Shown here piece after piece: positions 40,686-50,651 of a stretch of DNA of 64,000 bases (position 1 is its first letter; the number at the start of each line of letters is the position of its first letter). The notes under the pieces are model-generated. The model was not told the origin of the DNA. It made no database searches and worked only from the letters and a program-made list of their open reading frames with translations. The stretch spans positions 32,001-96,000 of the IMG/VR virus record IMGVR_UViG_3300037851_000542; one strand, written 5' to 3'. Position numbers and translations under genes: made by a program. Source of the DNA: a virus. Its lineage: Duplodnaviria; Caudoviricetes.

Positions 40686-41363
40686 TTGATGTCTGTAGAC
40701 GACCGTGTAAATCTTCAAAAAGCTCTTTACACTATATCACATGAGTTTAAAAATGACATTATAACCCTGCAAGGTTTAATAACTATTCTTGCCCAAAAAT
40801 ATGAAAAAACCTGGGACGAAGACGATAAGGAAAATATAGACTTGTTATTTGAGTCTATTAAACACCAAGAATCATATATTCAAAGTTTGCTAGATTATTC
40901 TAGAGTCAATACTAGAGGCAGACCAAGCTCTATAAAGTCCATACAAGAGCTTATAGCCATAGCGTTAAAGTCTATAAACAACGAACAAGTTAAAATTGAA
41001 TGTAACTGTAATACTAAATTAAAGCTGGACAATGCTCAATTTACAAAAGCTCTAAGTTGTATAATTATTAACTCTATTCAGTACTCTAACTGTAACCCCG
41101 TTATTATTAACTTTAATTGTGATTCTAAAGAAAATGACTATATATTAAAAATTAAAGATAACGGTACTGGTATAGATGATAAGTTTAAAGATCAGATATT
41201 CTCTGTGTTCTCTCCTGGTAAGAATTCGGTATCAGGAATAGGTATGGGACTTGCCACGGTAAAAAAGATAGTAGAGAGGCAAGGAGGTTCTATTTCTTAT
41301 GATTTTAGTACCAAAGAGTTTATAATAATTTTACCAATTGCATTGTGTTACCAAGATGTCTAA
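40686..41363 (+). CDS. sensor-less histidine kinase (HisKA + HATPase)
   Basis: ISHEFKN, INSIQYS, IKDNGTGI, GIGMGLATVKKIVERQGG. Confidence 0.85.
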   Translation: MMSVDDRVNLQKALYTISHEFKNDIITLQGLITILAQKYEKTWDEDDKENIDLLFESIKHQESYIQSLLDYSRVNTRGRPSSIKSIQELIAIALKSINNEQVKIECNCNTKLKLDNAQFTKALSCIIINSIQYSNCNPVIINFNCDSKENDYILKIKDNGTGIDDKFKDQIFSVFSPGKNSVSGIGMGLATVKKIVERQGGSISYDFSTKEFIIILPIALCYQDV

Positions 41364-41796
41364 TGATTTAATAAATATCTTAATGGTAGAAGACAGCAAA
41401 GCACATGTAAAGCTTACTCAAGAAGCTTTAAAAAGGGCTAAACTTATAGCTAATTTTTACTATGCTAAAGACGGAGAGGAAGCATTAAATTTTATTTATA
41501 AAAAAGGCAATTATTCAAATGCCCCTACACCAAATTTAATACTACTTGATTTAAAGTTACCTAAGTACAGTGGTAAAGAAATATTAAAAATACTAAAAGA
41601 GGATGAAGATTTAAAGTCTATACCTGTAATTATTTTAACTACTTCATCGGCTATACTAGACATAGACGAGTCTTATAAAAGCCACGCTAATAGTTATATT
41701 ATAAAACCTATATCTTTTGAAGGATTGATTCAAACCTTAATGGGTCTAAATAATTTCTGGTTTGTTTTATCTACAAAACCACCAGTTAATGATTAA
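41356..41796 (+). CDS. single-domain response regulator (Rcp1/CheY-like)
   Basis: VEDS, LILLDLKLP, IPVIILTTS, ANSYIIKP. Confidence 0.9.
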   Translation: MSNDLINILMVEDSKAHVKLTQEALKRAKLIANFYYAKDGEEALNFIYKKGNYSNAPTPNLILLDLKLPKYSGKEILKILKEDEDLKSIPVIILTTSSAILDIDESYKSHANSYIIKPISFEGLIQTLMGLNNFWFVLSTKPPVND

Positions 41797-42982
41797 TTAC
41801 ATAATATTTGTATCTTTACTATTATGCTTGCTGTCATACAGGTCAGGTTATAAAAAAGGACTAGACTTAAAAAATAAAACACTAAGTGAGAATCGTCTCT
41901 TAATAGAGGAATTGAATTTTAGGTTAAATTTAATCTTAAATGTTTCTAAAGTAGGTATATGGGTACTAGACATAAAAACCAGAGAATTAAATTGGAACAA
42001 GGAAATGTTTGCAATTTATGAACTAGACCCTAATGAATCCGCTTGTCAAAGTAGATGGTCAGCATCTCTTCTTCCTGATGATTTAGTATTAACATTAGCT
42101 CAGTTAGAAGACAGCATAGCTAATACAAAAGAATTCAATACTTCTTTTAGAATTGTTACAAAAACTGAAGGAATCAGGCATATAAAAGCAATTGGAAATT
42201 TTCTCATAGACGATGATGGACTAGCTTATAAAATGGTAGGTATCAACTACGACAATACAAGTGAAGAAGTATTTAAAAGTAATATTTTATCTTTAAACAG
42301 GGAACTTTTAGATTTTACCTCGATTTTGAGCCACGATCTTCAACAACCTACAACAATAGCTTCTATGTACTTGGATCTTTTGGGCGCTAAAAACCCATAT
42401 TTAGACCCAGACAGTCAGGAGTATTTTAATTATGTTAAAACTTCTTTGAACGAGATAAGTTGCATTTTAAAGGATCTAATAGATCTTATACGTGTAGATA
42501 ACTTAGAAAAAAACCAAGAAGTTAACAAGTCAGAATTATTAAATTTAATAAATTTTAAAGAGATCTTAGAATCTTTAAATTACAACAAGAATTTGATTGA
42601 AATAGTTCTACCCAAAGAAGATTGTTACTTAAGTATGTGCAATAGAGATATTAAATCTCTTTTTACTAACTTAATATCTAACGCTATAAAGTTTTCTGAC
42701 CATAATAGAAAAAACACAATAACAATTACCTCTGATTGTTTAGATAATGGTAAAGTTTTTACAGTATCAGATAAAGGCATAGGTATAGACTCTAGGCATT
42801 TAAATGAGGTAATTAAGCCTTTTTTTAGAGTATACAGTTCTGAGGACTATCCAGGTACAGGGTTAGGTTTAGCTTTATGTGATAAAATAGCAAAAAAATA
42901 CGGAGGTACCTTAAGAATTGAATCTAAATTAGGAGTAGGTACAGATATAATTATAAAATTTCCTTGTCAAGGTACTATATAG
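41789..42982 (+). CDS. membrane-anchored PAS-domain histidine kinase
   Basis: N-terminal TM; PAS (GIWVLDI..WNKEMFAIY..FRIV..MVGINYD); LSHDLQQP; NLISNAIKF; PGTGLGLA. Confidence 0.9.
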   Translation: MINYIIFVSLLLCLLSYRSGYKKGLDLKNKTLSENRLLIEELNFRLNLILNVSKVGIWVLDIKTRELNWNKEMFAIYELDPNESACQSRWSASLLPDDLVLTLAQLEDSIANTKEFNTSFRIVTKTEGIRHIKAIGNFLIDDDGLAYKMVGINYDNTSEEVFKSNILSLNRELLDFTSILSHDLQQPTTIASMYLDLLGAKNPYLDPDSQEYFNYVKTSLNEISCILKDLIDLIRVDNLEKNQEVNKSELLNLINFKEILESLNYNKNLIEIVLPKEDCYLSMCNRDIKSLFTNLISNAIKFSDHNRKNTITITSDCLDNGKVFTVSDKGIGIDSRHLNEVIKPFFRVYSSEDYPGTGLGLALCDKIAKKYGGTLRIESKLGVGTDIIIKFPCQGTI

Positions 42983-42987
42983 AGATA

Positions 42988-43407
42988 ATGCCTAACTCTG
43001 ATTTAAACTCTAAAGATAAGATAGCACTAGCTCGATTAGAAGAGAAGTTTAAAAACCTATCTGAATCTCATAAAGATTTAAAAGAGAGGTATAAACTAAC
43101 TCAAGAAGATCTTATTAAGAAATCAGAAGAAATATCTGAGGCTCATATACAAAATAAACTTTTAGAAAAAGAATTAAAAAGAAATGTAGAGCTGCTGTAC
43201 AAAGATTTTGATGCATTTCTAGATAATATGCAGAAAATAGAGTTAAGTCATAACCTGTTTGAAAAAAAAGTAACAGAAGAACTAAAAACAATAAAAGAAA
43301 AGGGATCTGAAACATTTCTCCTATATGGAAAAATGGCTATGTATTTTATAGGCGGGGTTTTTGCAACAGTGTCTACATTTATAGGTATAGGTATTCTTAA
43401 ATTCTAG
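42988..43407 (+). CDS. coiled-coil protein with C-terminal TM (holin/XhlA-like architecture)
   Basis: heptad-rich body; terminal hydrophobic helix; lies between endolysin cluster and tail fibre. Confidence 0.45.
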   Translation: MPNSDLNSKDKIALARLEEKFKNLSESHKDLKERYKLTQEDLIKKSEEISEAHIQNKLLEKELKRNVELLYKDFDAFLDNMQKIELSHNLFEKKVTEELKTIKEKGSETFLLYGKMAMYFIGGVFATVSTFIGIGILKF

Positions 43408-43482
43408 AGTGGTTTTGGTGAGATTAAATACTATAGAAACGGTATCTATTCACACTTTTAACCACTTTTAGAGGTCTTTATA

Positions 43483-45519
43483 ATGATTCAATTAAACCCT
43501 GTTTTAACCTCCCAGAATGGAAAGCTTTTAGTTGGGGATACCAATAGTACTGGAAAATTTACAAATTTAAGTTATTCAGAATCAGGTAGTAATTCTAACT
43601 TAATATCTTCTGGAACTTTTTTATTAGGTACCACAGGATCTAATGAGTTCAGAATACAAACTAATGGATCTTTAAAATGGTCTGTTGGGTCAAATGGTGC
43701 GCTTAGTGCTGCGGTCGCTGCCAATATAACGACTGGAGGTAGCGTTCAAAGTCCTACTTTAGAAAACATTGGATTCACAGACTTAAACTTAAACTCTAAT
43801 AATGCTGGTATAAAATTCTATACGTCCAACACTAGCCGTTGGGAAATGAGTAGCGCTGGTAATTTACTCCCTGCTACTTCTGGGACTTTAAATATTGGAT
43901 CTTCGTCTAATCCTATTCAAGTTATTACGGGTAACAATTTAAGTTCTTCTCCAGCACAGCAATTAAATCTTCAAATTGGTGGATCTACAAGGTGGATAGT
44001 AGAACCTAATAGCGGAAATCTTCAGCCCAATGGTGCTAATACTTACGGTATTGGAGGAGGATCAAGACCTTGTAATCAGGTGTGGACAAGAGTACTAACC
44101 TCTGATGCTGGGCAGAATCTAGTTTTAGCTGAAAACGGTGCTGCTAGGTGGACACTAGAGGCAGGTGGAAACAACTTAACTGCTGTCGGAGGGGCTGTAA
44201 TTAAATCTAGCAATAGTAATTTATCTTTACAAGGAAACTACTCATTTGGTTCTACAGGGGCTGCTATAGAACTTTTAAATAATGGACCTTTAAATTTAGT
44301 AGCTCAAGATGTAATCAGCATTTATAATGCGGGCGGGCTTAGATGGACTTTTAATACCTCTGGTGATATTGTACCTGCTAGTGGTTCTCAAAGTATTGGT
44401 ACAAATTCTTCTGCAATACTTTCAACTTATACTAGAAATGTATCCTCCGACGGCACTAATAATTTAAATTTACAAGTAGGAGGGAGCACAAAAGTATACA
44501 TAACTAATGCTGGAGATCTCATTGCAGGTGGAATTAGCACTACTTATTTAAATATAGATAACACTTTAACCTTAAACGATAATAATTTAACCTCAACTGG
44601 AGATTTAATTTTTAATAATGGGCAGTGGTTAAGATTATACGCTAGCGGTACAGAACGCTGGAGAATGTTTGGTAATGGAGAACTTTTAGCAGTACAAGAA
44701 TCTGTGAATCATTTTTTTGGTACTTTTAGCAATACGTCCTTATTCTTTAGAACAAACAATCAAAACAGGCTTTATTTAGAAGCAAACGCTAGTAACTTAG
44801 TAGGGGTAGGTTCTGTAGGTTTAGCTAGTAATGGTGGGGTAGTTACACTAGGATCAACAAATGATGGTAATCAGGATCCAAATAGCGCTACTATTATTAT
44901 AACTGGATTTGGAGGACCTTCTCCTAAAACTTTAGCTAGATTTACAAAAAATTCAATCAATCTTCAATGTCCTGATCGGGCTGGATTTAGCGGAGATCGC
45001 TTTTGGCTTAAAATTTATCACGGTGCTCAAGAGATGTGGGCATTTTATAACGCTATTGATGATTCATTAGCTGATGGAATGTTTGCCCCTCCGGTAACAA
45101 ACGCTTTTAATATTGGTCACCCTTCTCACAGAGTTAGAGATATACATACACAAGCAATAACAATATACTCTGACGAAAGAGGTAAAAATACAATACAACC
45201 TTCTACATTAGGGTTAGACTTTATTAATTCATTAAATCCAGTATCATATAAAATGAATGTTGGTAGGAATCAAACACTTGAAGAAGAAGATGGTACTCCT
45301 ATAATAGTGCCAATATCTGGAGTAAGAACACACTGGGGATTACTAGCCCAAGAAGTTAAAGCTGTAATTCCAAGTGGTGTAGATTTTGCGGGATGGGTAC
45401 TAGCAGATCTTGAAGACCCGGATAGTCAACAGTCTTTACGGTATTATCAATTTATTTGTCCTTTAATTAAAGCAATTCAGGAGCTGACCGCAAGAGTAGA
45501 GTCTTTAGAAAATCCTTAA
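43483..45519 (+). CDS. tail fibre with C-terminal peptidase S74 chaperone
   Basis: YSDERGKNTI..LGLDFINSLNPVSY..HWGLLAQEV..PLIKAIQEL. Confidence 0.85.
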   Translation: MIQLNPVLTSQNGKLLVGDTNSTGKFTNLSYSESGSNSNLISSGTFLLGTTGSNEFRIQTNGSLKWSVGSNGALSAAVAANITTGGSVQSPTLENIGFTDLNLNSNNAGIKFYTSNTSRWEMSSAGNLLPATSGTLNIGSSSNPIQVITGNNLSSSPAQQLNLQIGGSTRWIVEPNSGNLQPNGANTYGIGGGSRPCNQVWTRVLTSDAGQNLVLAENGAARWTLEAGGNNLTAVGGAVIKSSNSNLSLQGNYSFGSTGAAIELLNNGPLNLVAQDVISIYNAGGLRWTFNTSGDIVPASGSQSIGTNSSAILSTYTRNVSSDGTNNLNLQVGGSTKVYITNAGDLIAGGISTTYLNIDNTLTLNDNNLTSTGDLIFNNGQWLRLYASGTERWRMFGNGELLAVQESVNHFFGTFSNTSLFFRTNNQNRLYLEANASNLVGVGSVGLASNGGVVTLGSTNDGNQDPNSATIIITGFGGPSPKTLARFTKNSINLQCPDRAGFSGDRFWLKIYHGAQEMWAFYNAIDDSLADGMFAPPVTNAFNIGHPSHRVRDIHTQAITIYSDERGKNTIQPSTLGLDFINSLNPVSYKMNVGRNQTLEEEDGTPIIVPISGVRTHWGLLAQEVKAVIPSGVDFAGWVLADLEDPDSQQSLRYYQFICPLIKAIQELTARVESLENP

Positions 45520-45522
45520 CTT

Positions 45523-45903
45523 TTACCAAATCCCAGTATAGATTATTTTATACTGGGATTTAATAGAAGTTAGTGCAAAAGTTAAAACCTCAAATTCTTC
45601 TGATACAATATCGTCCGGCTCTATTTTAAATTTTGCTTTTACTTTAGTAATTTCAGTTAATCCCTCATCTACTCTACAAAAGCTTTTTAAATCGGAGTAA
45701 TTATTATAGTTATCTGGTATCCACAGTTGACCTTTTACAGTAGATATACCTAACCTTGTATAGCCGCTGTCATTACCTATATCCCACAAGGTTCCATCAA
45801 CTTCAGCATTCCAAGTTAGCACTCTAAATCCTGGAATTGCAGCCTCAGCAAGAGGATTTAAAGGTTTTGCTTTTAAGTTGTTATAAATAAAAAACAGATC
45901 CAT
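45523..45903 (-). CDS. gamma-glutamylcyclotransferase-like protein
   Basis: LFFIYNNLK, GTLWDIG, TVKGQLW. Confidence 0.5.
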   Translation of the reverse strand: MDLFFIYNNLKAKPLNPLAEAAIPGFRVLTWNAEVDGTLWDIGNDSGYTRLGISTVKGQLWIPDNYNNYSDLKSFCRVDEGLTEITKVKAKFKIEPDDIVSEEFEVLTFALTSIKSQYKIIYTGIW

Positions 45904-46287
45904 ATGCTATGTCAACATTTCTAGAGCAATACCACATATAACTTTATCCTCTGCATCAAATTTGGTAATTAGTTGCTTATTGTTAGTTAGATAAGCAGAT
46001 ATAAAGTTTATTAAATGATCTAATACTATCCTAGCTAATGCTTTTGTACTGGCTTTTAAATTAGCATTATTACCAAACTCAGAAATCCACAGCAAGACCA
46101 TATCTCGACGGGTTTCGAGTTCCTTTAACTTATCAAATCTAGCGGTCGTTAGAATCAATTCCATACTTATAATATAGTATGCCATTTGATTAAATTAATC
46201 TATATAAATTACATAGTTGCATTAAAAATAAAAATATGTTAATATTATTAAATAGTTATCTATTATAAAAAATAACGAGGAACATGA

Positions 46288-47259
46288 GTGACAAAAGAAT
46301 ACAAATTTAAAAACTACTATGAATCTGAACCTCAAGTAGATAAAATACTTTATGACGAATCTAAAGAAAAAGTATTAAAAGCTTTTGCTAACATTAGTCA
46401 AACCTATGCAAGAAAACACGTTAGACCAGGTATTGACTATGAAGATCTGTATAATGAAGCCCAACTTGGAGTTTTAGAAGCTATTGAGTACTTTTCTGAT
46501 CCAAGTAAGGTAGAAAAAAAATATCCATTCAAGCAATATGTTCTTTACAAAATTAGGGAAAGAACTTATCAGTACTGCTTGCGTAATGCTATAAAAATAA
46601 AAACTCCTTATTATATTCAGCGCGGTTCAAAACATGTAGCTCAGATTACAACTTTATTAAAAAATGCTCCGGTTGCTTTTCAAATTCTTGGTAAAGAGGA
46701 CGTTAGTGATAGTGATATTAGAGAGTTTTTATATAATGAGAATGAAAGGTTACCTTTAAAATCTGATGAGTTTATTCGTGCTCAAATAAATAAAAATCTA
46801 ACTACAGATCAGTTTAATCAGGTTTATGATAACGTAGTAAATCATAAAAGAGGAAGTGCTCATTCTTTTGTAAAGAAAAACTTAACTGATGTTGGTAAAA
46901 TATTACATATAAAAGAAAAGATCTGGTATAATGCTACAAGTAACAATATGCCATTTAGTAGAGTAATATCTTTAATATTAGAGGCTCGTAGTGCCAGATC
47001 CAGCCACGATTCTGTTTTTTGTGGGACTATAAATGGGCTCTCAGAAAAAAATATTATTTTTGCAGAAATGGTAAAACGGGGCAGGGAAGTTTGTGGGACT
47101 AAAAATTTTGATATATTTTTATCAAATAAATACTTAAATAAAACCTATAAAGAAATCTCAGTACTTTATAACGTCCCTAAGAATGATATAACTGAAATTA
47201 TAAAAAGGTGTATAAAAAGTCTAAAAGAAGACGACATAATAAACGAATTTAACGATTAA
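46288..47259 (+). CDS. sigma70-family RNA polymerase sigma factor
   Basis: region 2: YEDLYNEAQLGVLEAIEYF..FKQYVLYKIR; region 4: KTYKEISVLYNVPKNDITEIIKRCIKSLK. Confidence 0.8.
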   Translation: MTKEYKFKNYYESEPQVDKILYDESKEKVLKAFANISQTYARKHVRPGIDYEDLYNEAQLGVLEAIEYFSDPSKVEKKYPFKQYVLYKIRERTYQYCLRNAIKIKTPYYIQRGSKHVAQITTLLKNAPVAFQILGKEDVSDSDIREFLYNENERLPLKSDEFIRAQINKNLTTDQFNQVYDNVVNHKRGSAHSFVKKNLTDVGKILHIKEKIWYNATSNNMPFSRVISLILEARSARSSHDSVFCGTINGLSEKNIIFAEMVKRGREVCGTKNFDIFLSNKYLNKTYKEISVLYNVPKNDITEIIKRCIKSLKEDDIINEFND

Positions 47260-47263
47260 TGCT

Positions 47264-48061
47264 ATGGCACTGGAAATAGGAGATAAAGCAGTACCCAAGT
47301 CTGATGTACAGGTTTTAAACGCTACATATAGAACAGGCGGGATAGAAGGTTTAGTACTAAATAGAAAACTAATAACTATTAACTCAGAAAATCAGGACAT
47401 TTTTACCTATCAAGTAAGTTTTCCTTCACCTATTACTGGGACTACGACTAGTGGTACTGAAGCAGATGTTCAAAGTTTGTTTTGGTTTTCCTCTGAGGAG
47501 CTTGGACAAGAGGGTATTCTAATAGAAGAATACGATTATAATAAAATTAACTCTGATCTAAACAATGCTAGATCTACATCGGCGCAAGCACTAAGTATTG
47601 TAGGATCTATAGAAAACGAGGTAGTACCTACTGATTTATTTTCAGAGTCTATTTATACAATTGCAAAGTCTGTACAAGAAAATAATAACACATTGGCTGA
47701 AGCGTCTTTTAACAGTAATGATTCTAAAGTAAGAGAACAAGAAGCAAGTAAAGTAGGATTTGACTCCCTTGGATTAGAGGTTAATCAGGCAGTTTTACAG
47801 GAAATAGCTGAAAATATGTCTAATTTTAATAGCTTACAGTCACAAACACAAGCAGAGATTGACAGGCAAGGTCAACAGACAGCAGAACAAGTCAAACTTT
47901 ACAATACCTCAAAGGAAGAGGACCACTTGGCGTATACAGAAGCTTTAGTAGAAACTGGACAGAGGCTCCCTCAGGGTTCTATTTATAAATTAAGAACAAC
48001 TGACTGGGAGACTGCTCTAACCCCACCTCTGACTGTAAATATTACGCCAGAAGTGGAGTAG
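47264..48061 (+). CDS. hypothetical protein
   Basis: 265-aa ORF coupled to the sigma gene. Confidence 0.6.
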   Translation: MALEIGDKAVPKSDVQVLNATYRTGGIEGLVLNRKLITINSENQDIFTYQVSFPSPITGTTTSGTEADVQSLFWFSSEELGQEGILIEEYDYNKINSDLNNARSTSAQALSIVGSIENEVVPTDLFSESIYTIAKSVQENNNTLAEASFNSNDSKVREQEASKVGFDSLGLEVNQAVLQEIAENMSNFNSLQSQTQAEIDRQGQQTAEQVKLYNTSKEEDHLAYTEALVETGQRLPQGSIYKLRTTDWETALTPPLTVNITPEVE

Positions 48062-48077
48062 AAGCTTTAAACTAAGA

Positions 48078-48974
48078 TTACCAAGTGGATAAAGAAAATC
48101 TCTTCCAGCTGTTAGTATTTACTGCATAGTAACCATAATCATCAGCAAATATAAAAGTACCTTTAACCCCTGATGTAGTTGTTGTAGGAGGCTCAGAAGC
48201 TGAGCTTAAAAGCAATAAGTTTCCAGAAACTGTAAGGTTATTTAAAACACTAAGGTTTCCTGTTACTTCTAAATTTCCTCCAACATAACCTGCAGTATTA
48301 CCCTGTACTCCTCCTGGAACATTGTCCACGTAAAGACCTACTAACGAAATATCGTTGTTTAATGAGTCCGACAGCCCACTTCTGCTTATATTAAACGATC
48401 CAATAAAAGGAGCAGACCCCGATGAAAAGTTACTAGCAGGTATGCTAAAGTTAACCAATTTTAGCTGCTCTAAAGAGTTTGTACTTATTGTGAGGGTTTG
48501 AGGTGTGCTATAAGAAAAAGCACCGGGCGTTAAATCTGCATTGGTATTTTGGTTAAATAAGTTATAACTCATGTTAAAATCGGCATCACCTGTGCCACTA
48601 CCTCTGACAGTGCAAAGCATTCTAACTACTACTGGAGACACAGGTTGTGCCCCTAAAGTTAGCTGAAATCCTGCTGTAGACACAATACCATCTGGAAATG
48701 AAACTACTGCTAAATCTCCAACATTGTCAGAAGTTAGCCCTGACACATTTATTATATCATATATTTCTACAACACCACTTGCCGCCGAAAATTGTAAACC
48801 CGAAAATACATTATCTACTGTTTTAAAAACATCCTGTGAATTGTCGCCGGATATTACTACAAACGTGGAGTCATCTATTGTTATCATAGATCCGTCTAAT
48901 TTAGATTGCACGAACCCACCAGAAGCACTATAAAACCGATCTACTGAAACTTCACCGTCATCAAATGTTATCAT
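48078..48974 (-). CDS. probable virion structural (tail-associated) protein
   Basis: SG-rich; C-terminal PPTTTTSGVKG..DDYGYYAV.TNSWKR.SLSTW motif seen in phage fibre-related proteins. Confidence 0.55.
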   Translation of the reverse strand: MITFDDGEVSVDRFYSASGGFVQSKLDGSMITIDDSTFVVISGDNSQDVFKTVDNVFSGLQFSAASGVVEIYDIINVSGLTSDNVGDLAVVSFPDGIVSTAGFQLTLGAQPVSPVVVRMLCTVRGSGTGDADFNMSYNLFNQNTNADLTPGAFSYSTPQTLTISTNSLEQLKLVNFSIPASNFSSGSAPFIGSFNISRSGLSDSLNNDISLVGLYVDNVPGGVQGNTAGYVGGNLEVTGNLSVLNNLTVSGNLLLLSSASEPPTTTTSGVKGTFIFADDYGYYAVNTNSWKRFSLSTW

Positions 48975-49047
48975 TTTTTAATTACTCCAAAGGTCTGTAT
49001 TTTATATAAGTGTGTTACTGTAGCACATTCTTATTTAAAAATTTACT

Positions 49048-49076
49048 TGACAATACCTTAACAATAGTATATATTT
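49048..49076 (+). promoter_or_regulatory. sigma70 promoter
   Basis: TTGACA-17-TATATT (coordinates approximate). Confidence 0.6.
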
Positions 49077-49997
49077 ATTATTTTAATTTAAAAATTACCA
49101 ACATAAATTACCAACATTTGAAAGAATGGTAGGCACTTATATACCACCTGAGCTATCTTTACTTCTAAGATCTGACCTAGAAGAAATAATAACTGAAAAG
49201 TTTGCGGAGCACTACTCAGTAAATATTAATAACTGGATTATACCGGATTTATATTATAATCAGTCTCTTAAAAAACTAATTTATAATAAAAAACCTGCTA
49301 ATGGTATGTACTGCTTATTAGGTAAAATAAACTACGGTAGTCCTGATAAAAGAAGTAAACATACTGTCTTTCAATTTAATCTTGCTAGCATAAATCTTGC
49401 TGAAACAGTTTGGGCAGATTCATTTTTACCCTATCCAAATATAACAGGTGAGGTCAAAGAAAACTTATACTTTCCTCTATTTAAAGTAGGACCATATTCA
49501 AAATATAAAAGGTACTTTGATATTTATCACTCTGAGTTAAATGCTTCTTTTACTCTAGATGCTTTAAAAGATAAAATCAATTATATGCAGTTTAGAGACC
49601 CAGATAAAGATGTAGTAAAAATAAGGATATATAAACTGAGACTAGCGCTCCAGAGGATGATAGATTTAGAAAAAGTTTAATTACTGTTGATTTTACCTAA
49701 AGCTGCCTGTATACTAATTAAACATATTTAACTTAAACTTATTAACTGCAGAACTATGGCTAGTAAATTAAAAATATTCACTGTAAAACAACTTGGTCAG
49801 AAGGATGACTATTCAGATCCGAAAAACCCTACAATCATCCCTGCTGAGACGGAAGAAGACCTGATGTTAAAAATTCAAGCAGTTATAGATGACGCTGGTA
49901 TTGCGCCTGGCGCTTTGACTAACTGGAGCATTGTGAAGTTAGAGCGTATTATAAAAGGCTCTGGGGATGCTAGTTATTGGGTAGTAGTTGAGGGCGA

Positions 49998-50639
49998 CTA
50001 ACCTTCGGAAGTATTAGCAGCTGCTTCGGACAAAGAGTTAAAATAATCTTGGACTGTAATAATTCTTATAGGATAGGTTATTTTTGACCTTTTTGCCCAG
50101 CTCTTTAGCTTATCCTCGTCCTCAATGCCTTTTTTCGAGCAATTAATCTTTCTACACACAGGTATTAGGGTCGGAGTATTTAAGTCTGAGAGATTATACT
50201 CTAACTGAAAAGCATCGCTAGCCTTGTAATTATGACATTGCAGAGGTATCTTGGAGTAGGCACATCTCCACCCATACCTATCTAAAAGGGTCTCAATATC
50301 AAGATCGTCAAACTCTATACTATTTAGGGTTTTATAGCCCTTTTTTCCAACAGGATGCCTTTTTTCCCCTACCAATAGGTTGAATTTATTCCATTGATCA
50401 TTATATAACCTATGTGTTATTGATAGTCTTCTGTAACATGATCTGCACAACCCTTTAGCCCAGTGAGATTTATTACCTTCTGGGTTCTTAGTCTTACATA
50501 ACTTGCAGCATACGTAGCTGCTTGTATCCCAAGGACCTTTATGGTAAGATGAGCCGTGGAAGTAAACTTCGCCTGGCAGGAATTGCTGTAAACTATTTAA
50601 ATTATCAAAATGTCCCATACTCAAAATATAGTACGGCAT
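49998..50639 (-). CDS. Zn-finger/HNH-like protein
   Basis: CKLC..H.AKGLCRSCY; WRCAYS..L..LE...PVC..IN.SK. Confidence 0.5.
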   Translation of the reverse strand: MPYYILSMGHFDNLNSLQQFLPGEVYFHGSSYHKGPWDTSSYVCCKLCKTKNPEGNKSHWAKGLCRSCYRRLSITHRLYNDQWNKFNLLVGEKRHPVGKKGYKTLNSIEFDDLDIETLLDRYGWRCAYSKIPLQCHNYKASDAFQLEYNLSDLNTPTLIPVCRKINCSKKGIEDEDKLKSWAKRSKITYPIRIITVQDYFNSLSEAAANTSEG

Positions 50640-50651
50640 CCATTATTTATT

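Noticed and set aside
43403-43472. Imperfect long inverted repeat ahead of the second tail fibre (possible structured leader)
   Set aside because: Pairing is interrupted and AT-rich; it cannot be told from chance without folding and covariation analysis.
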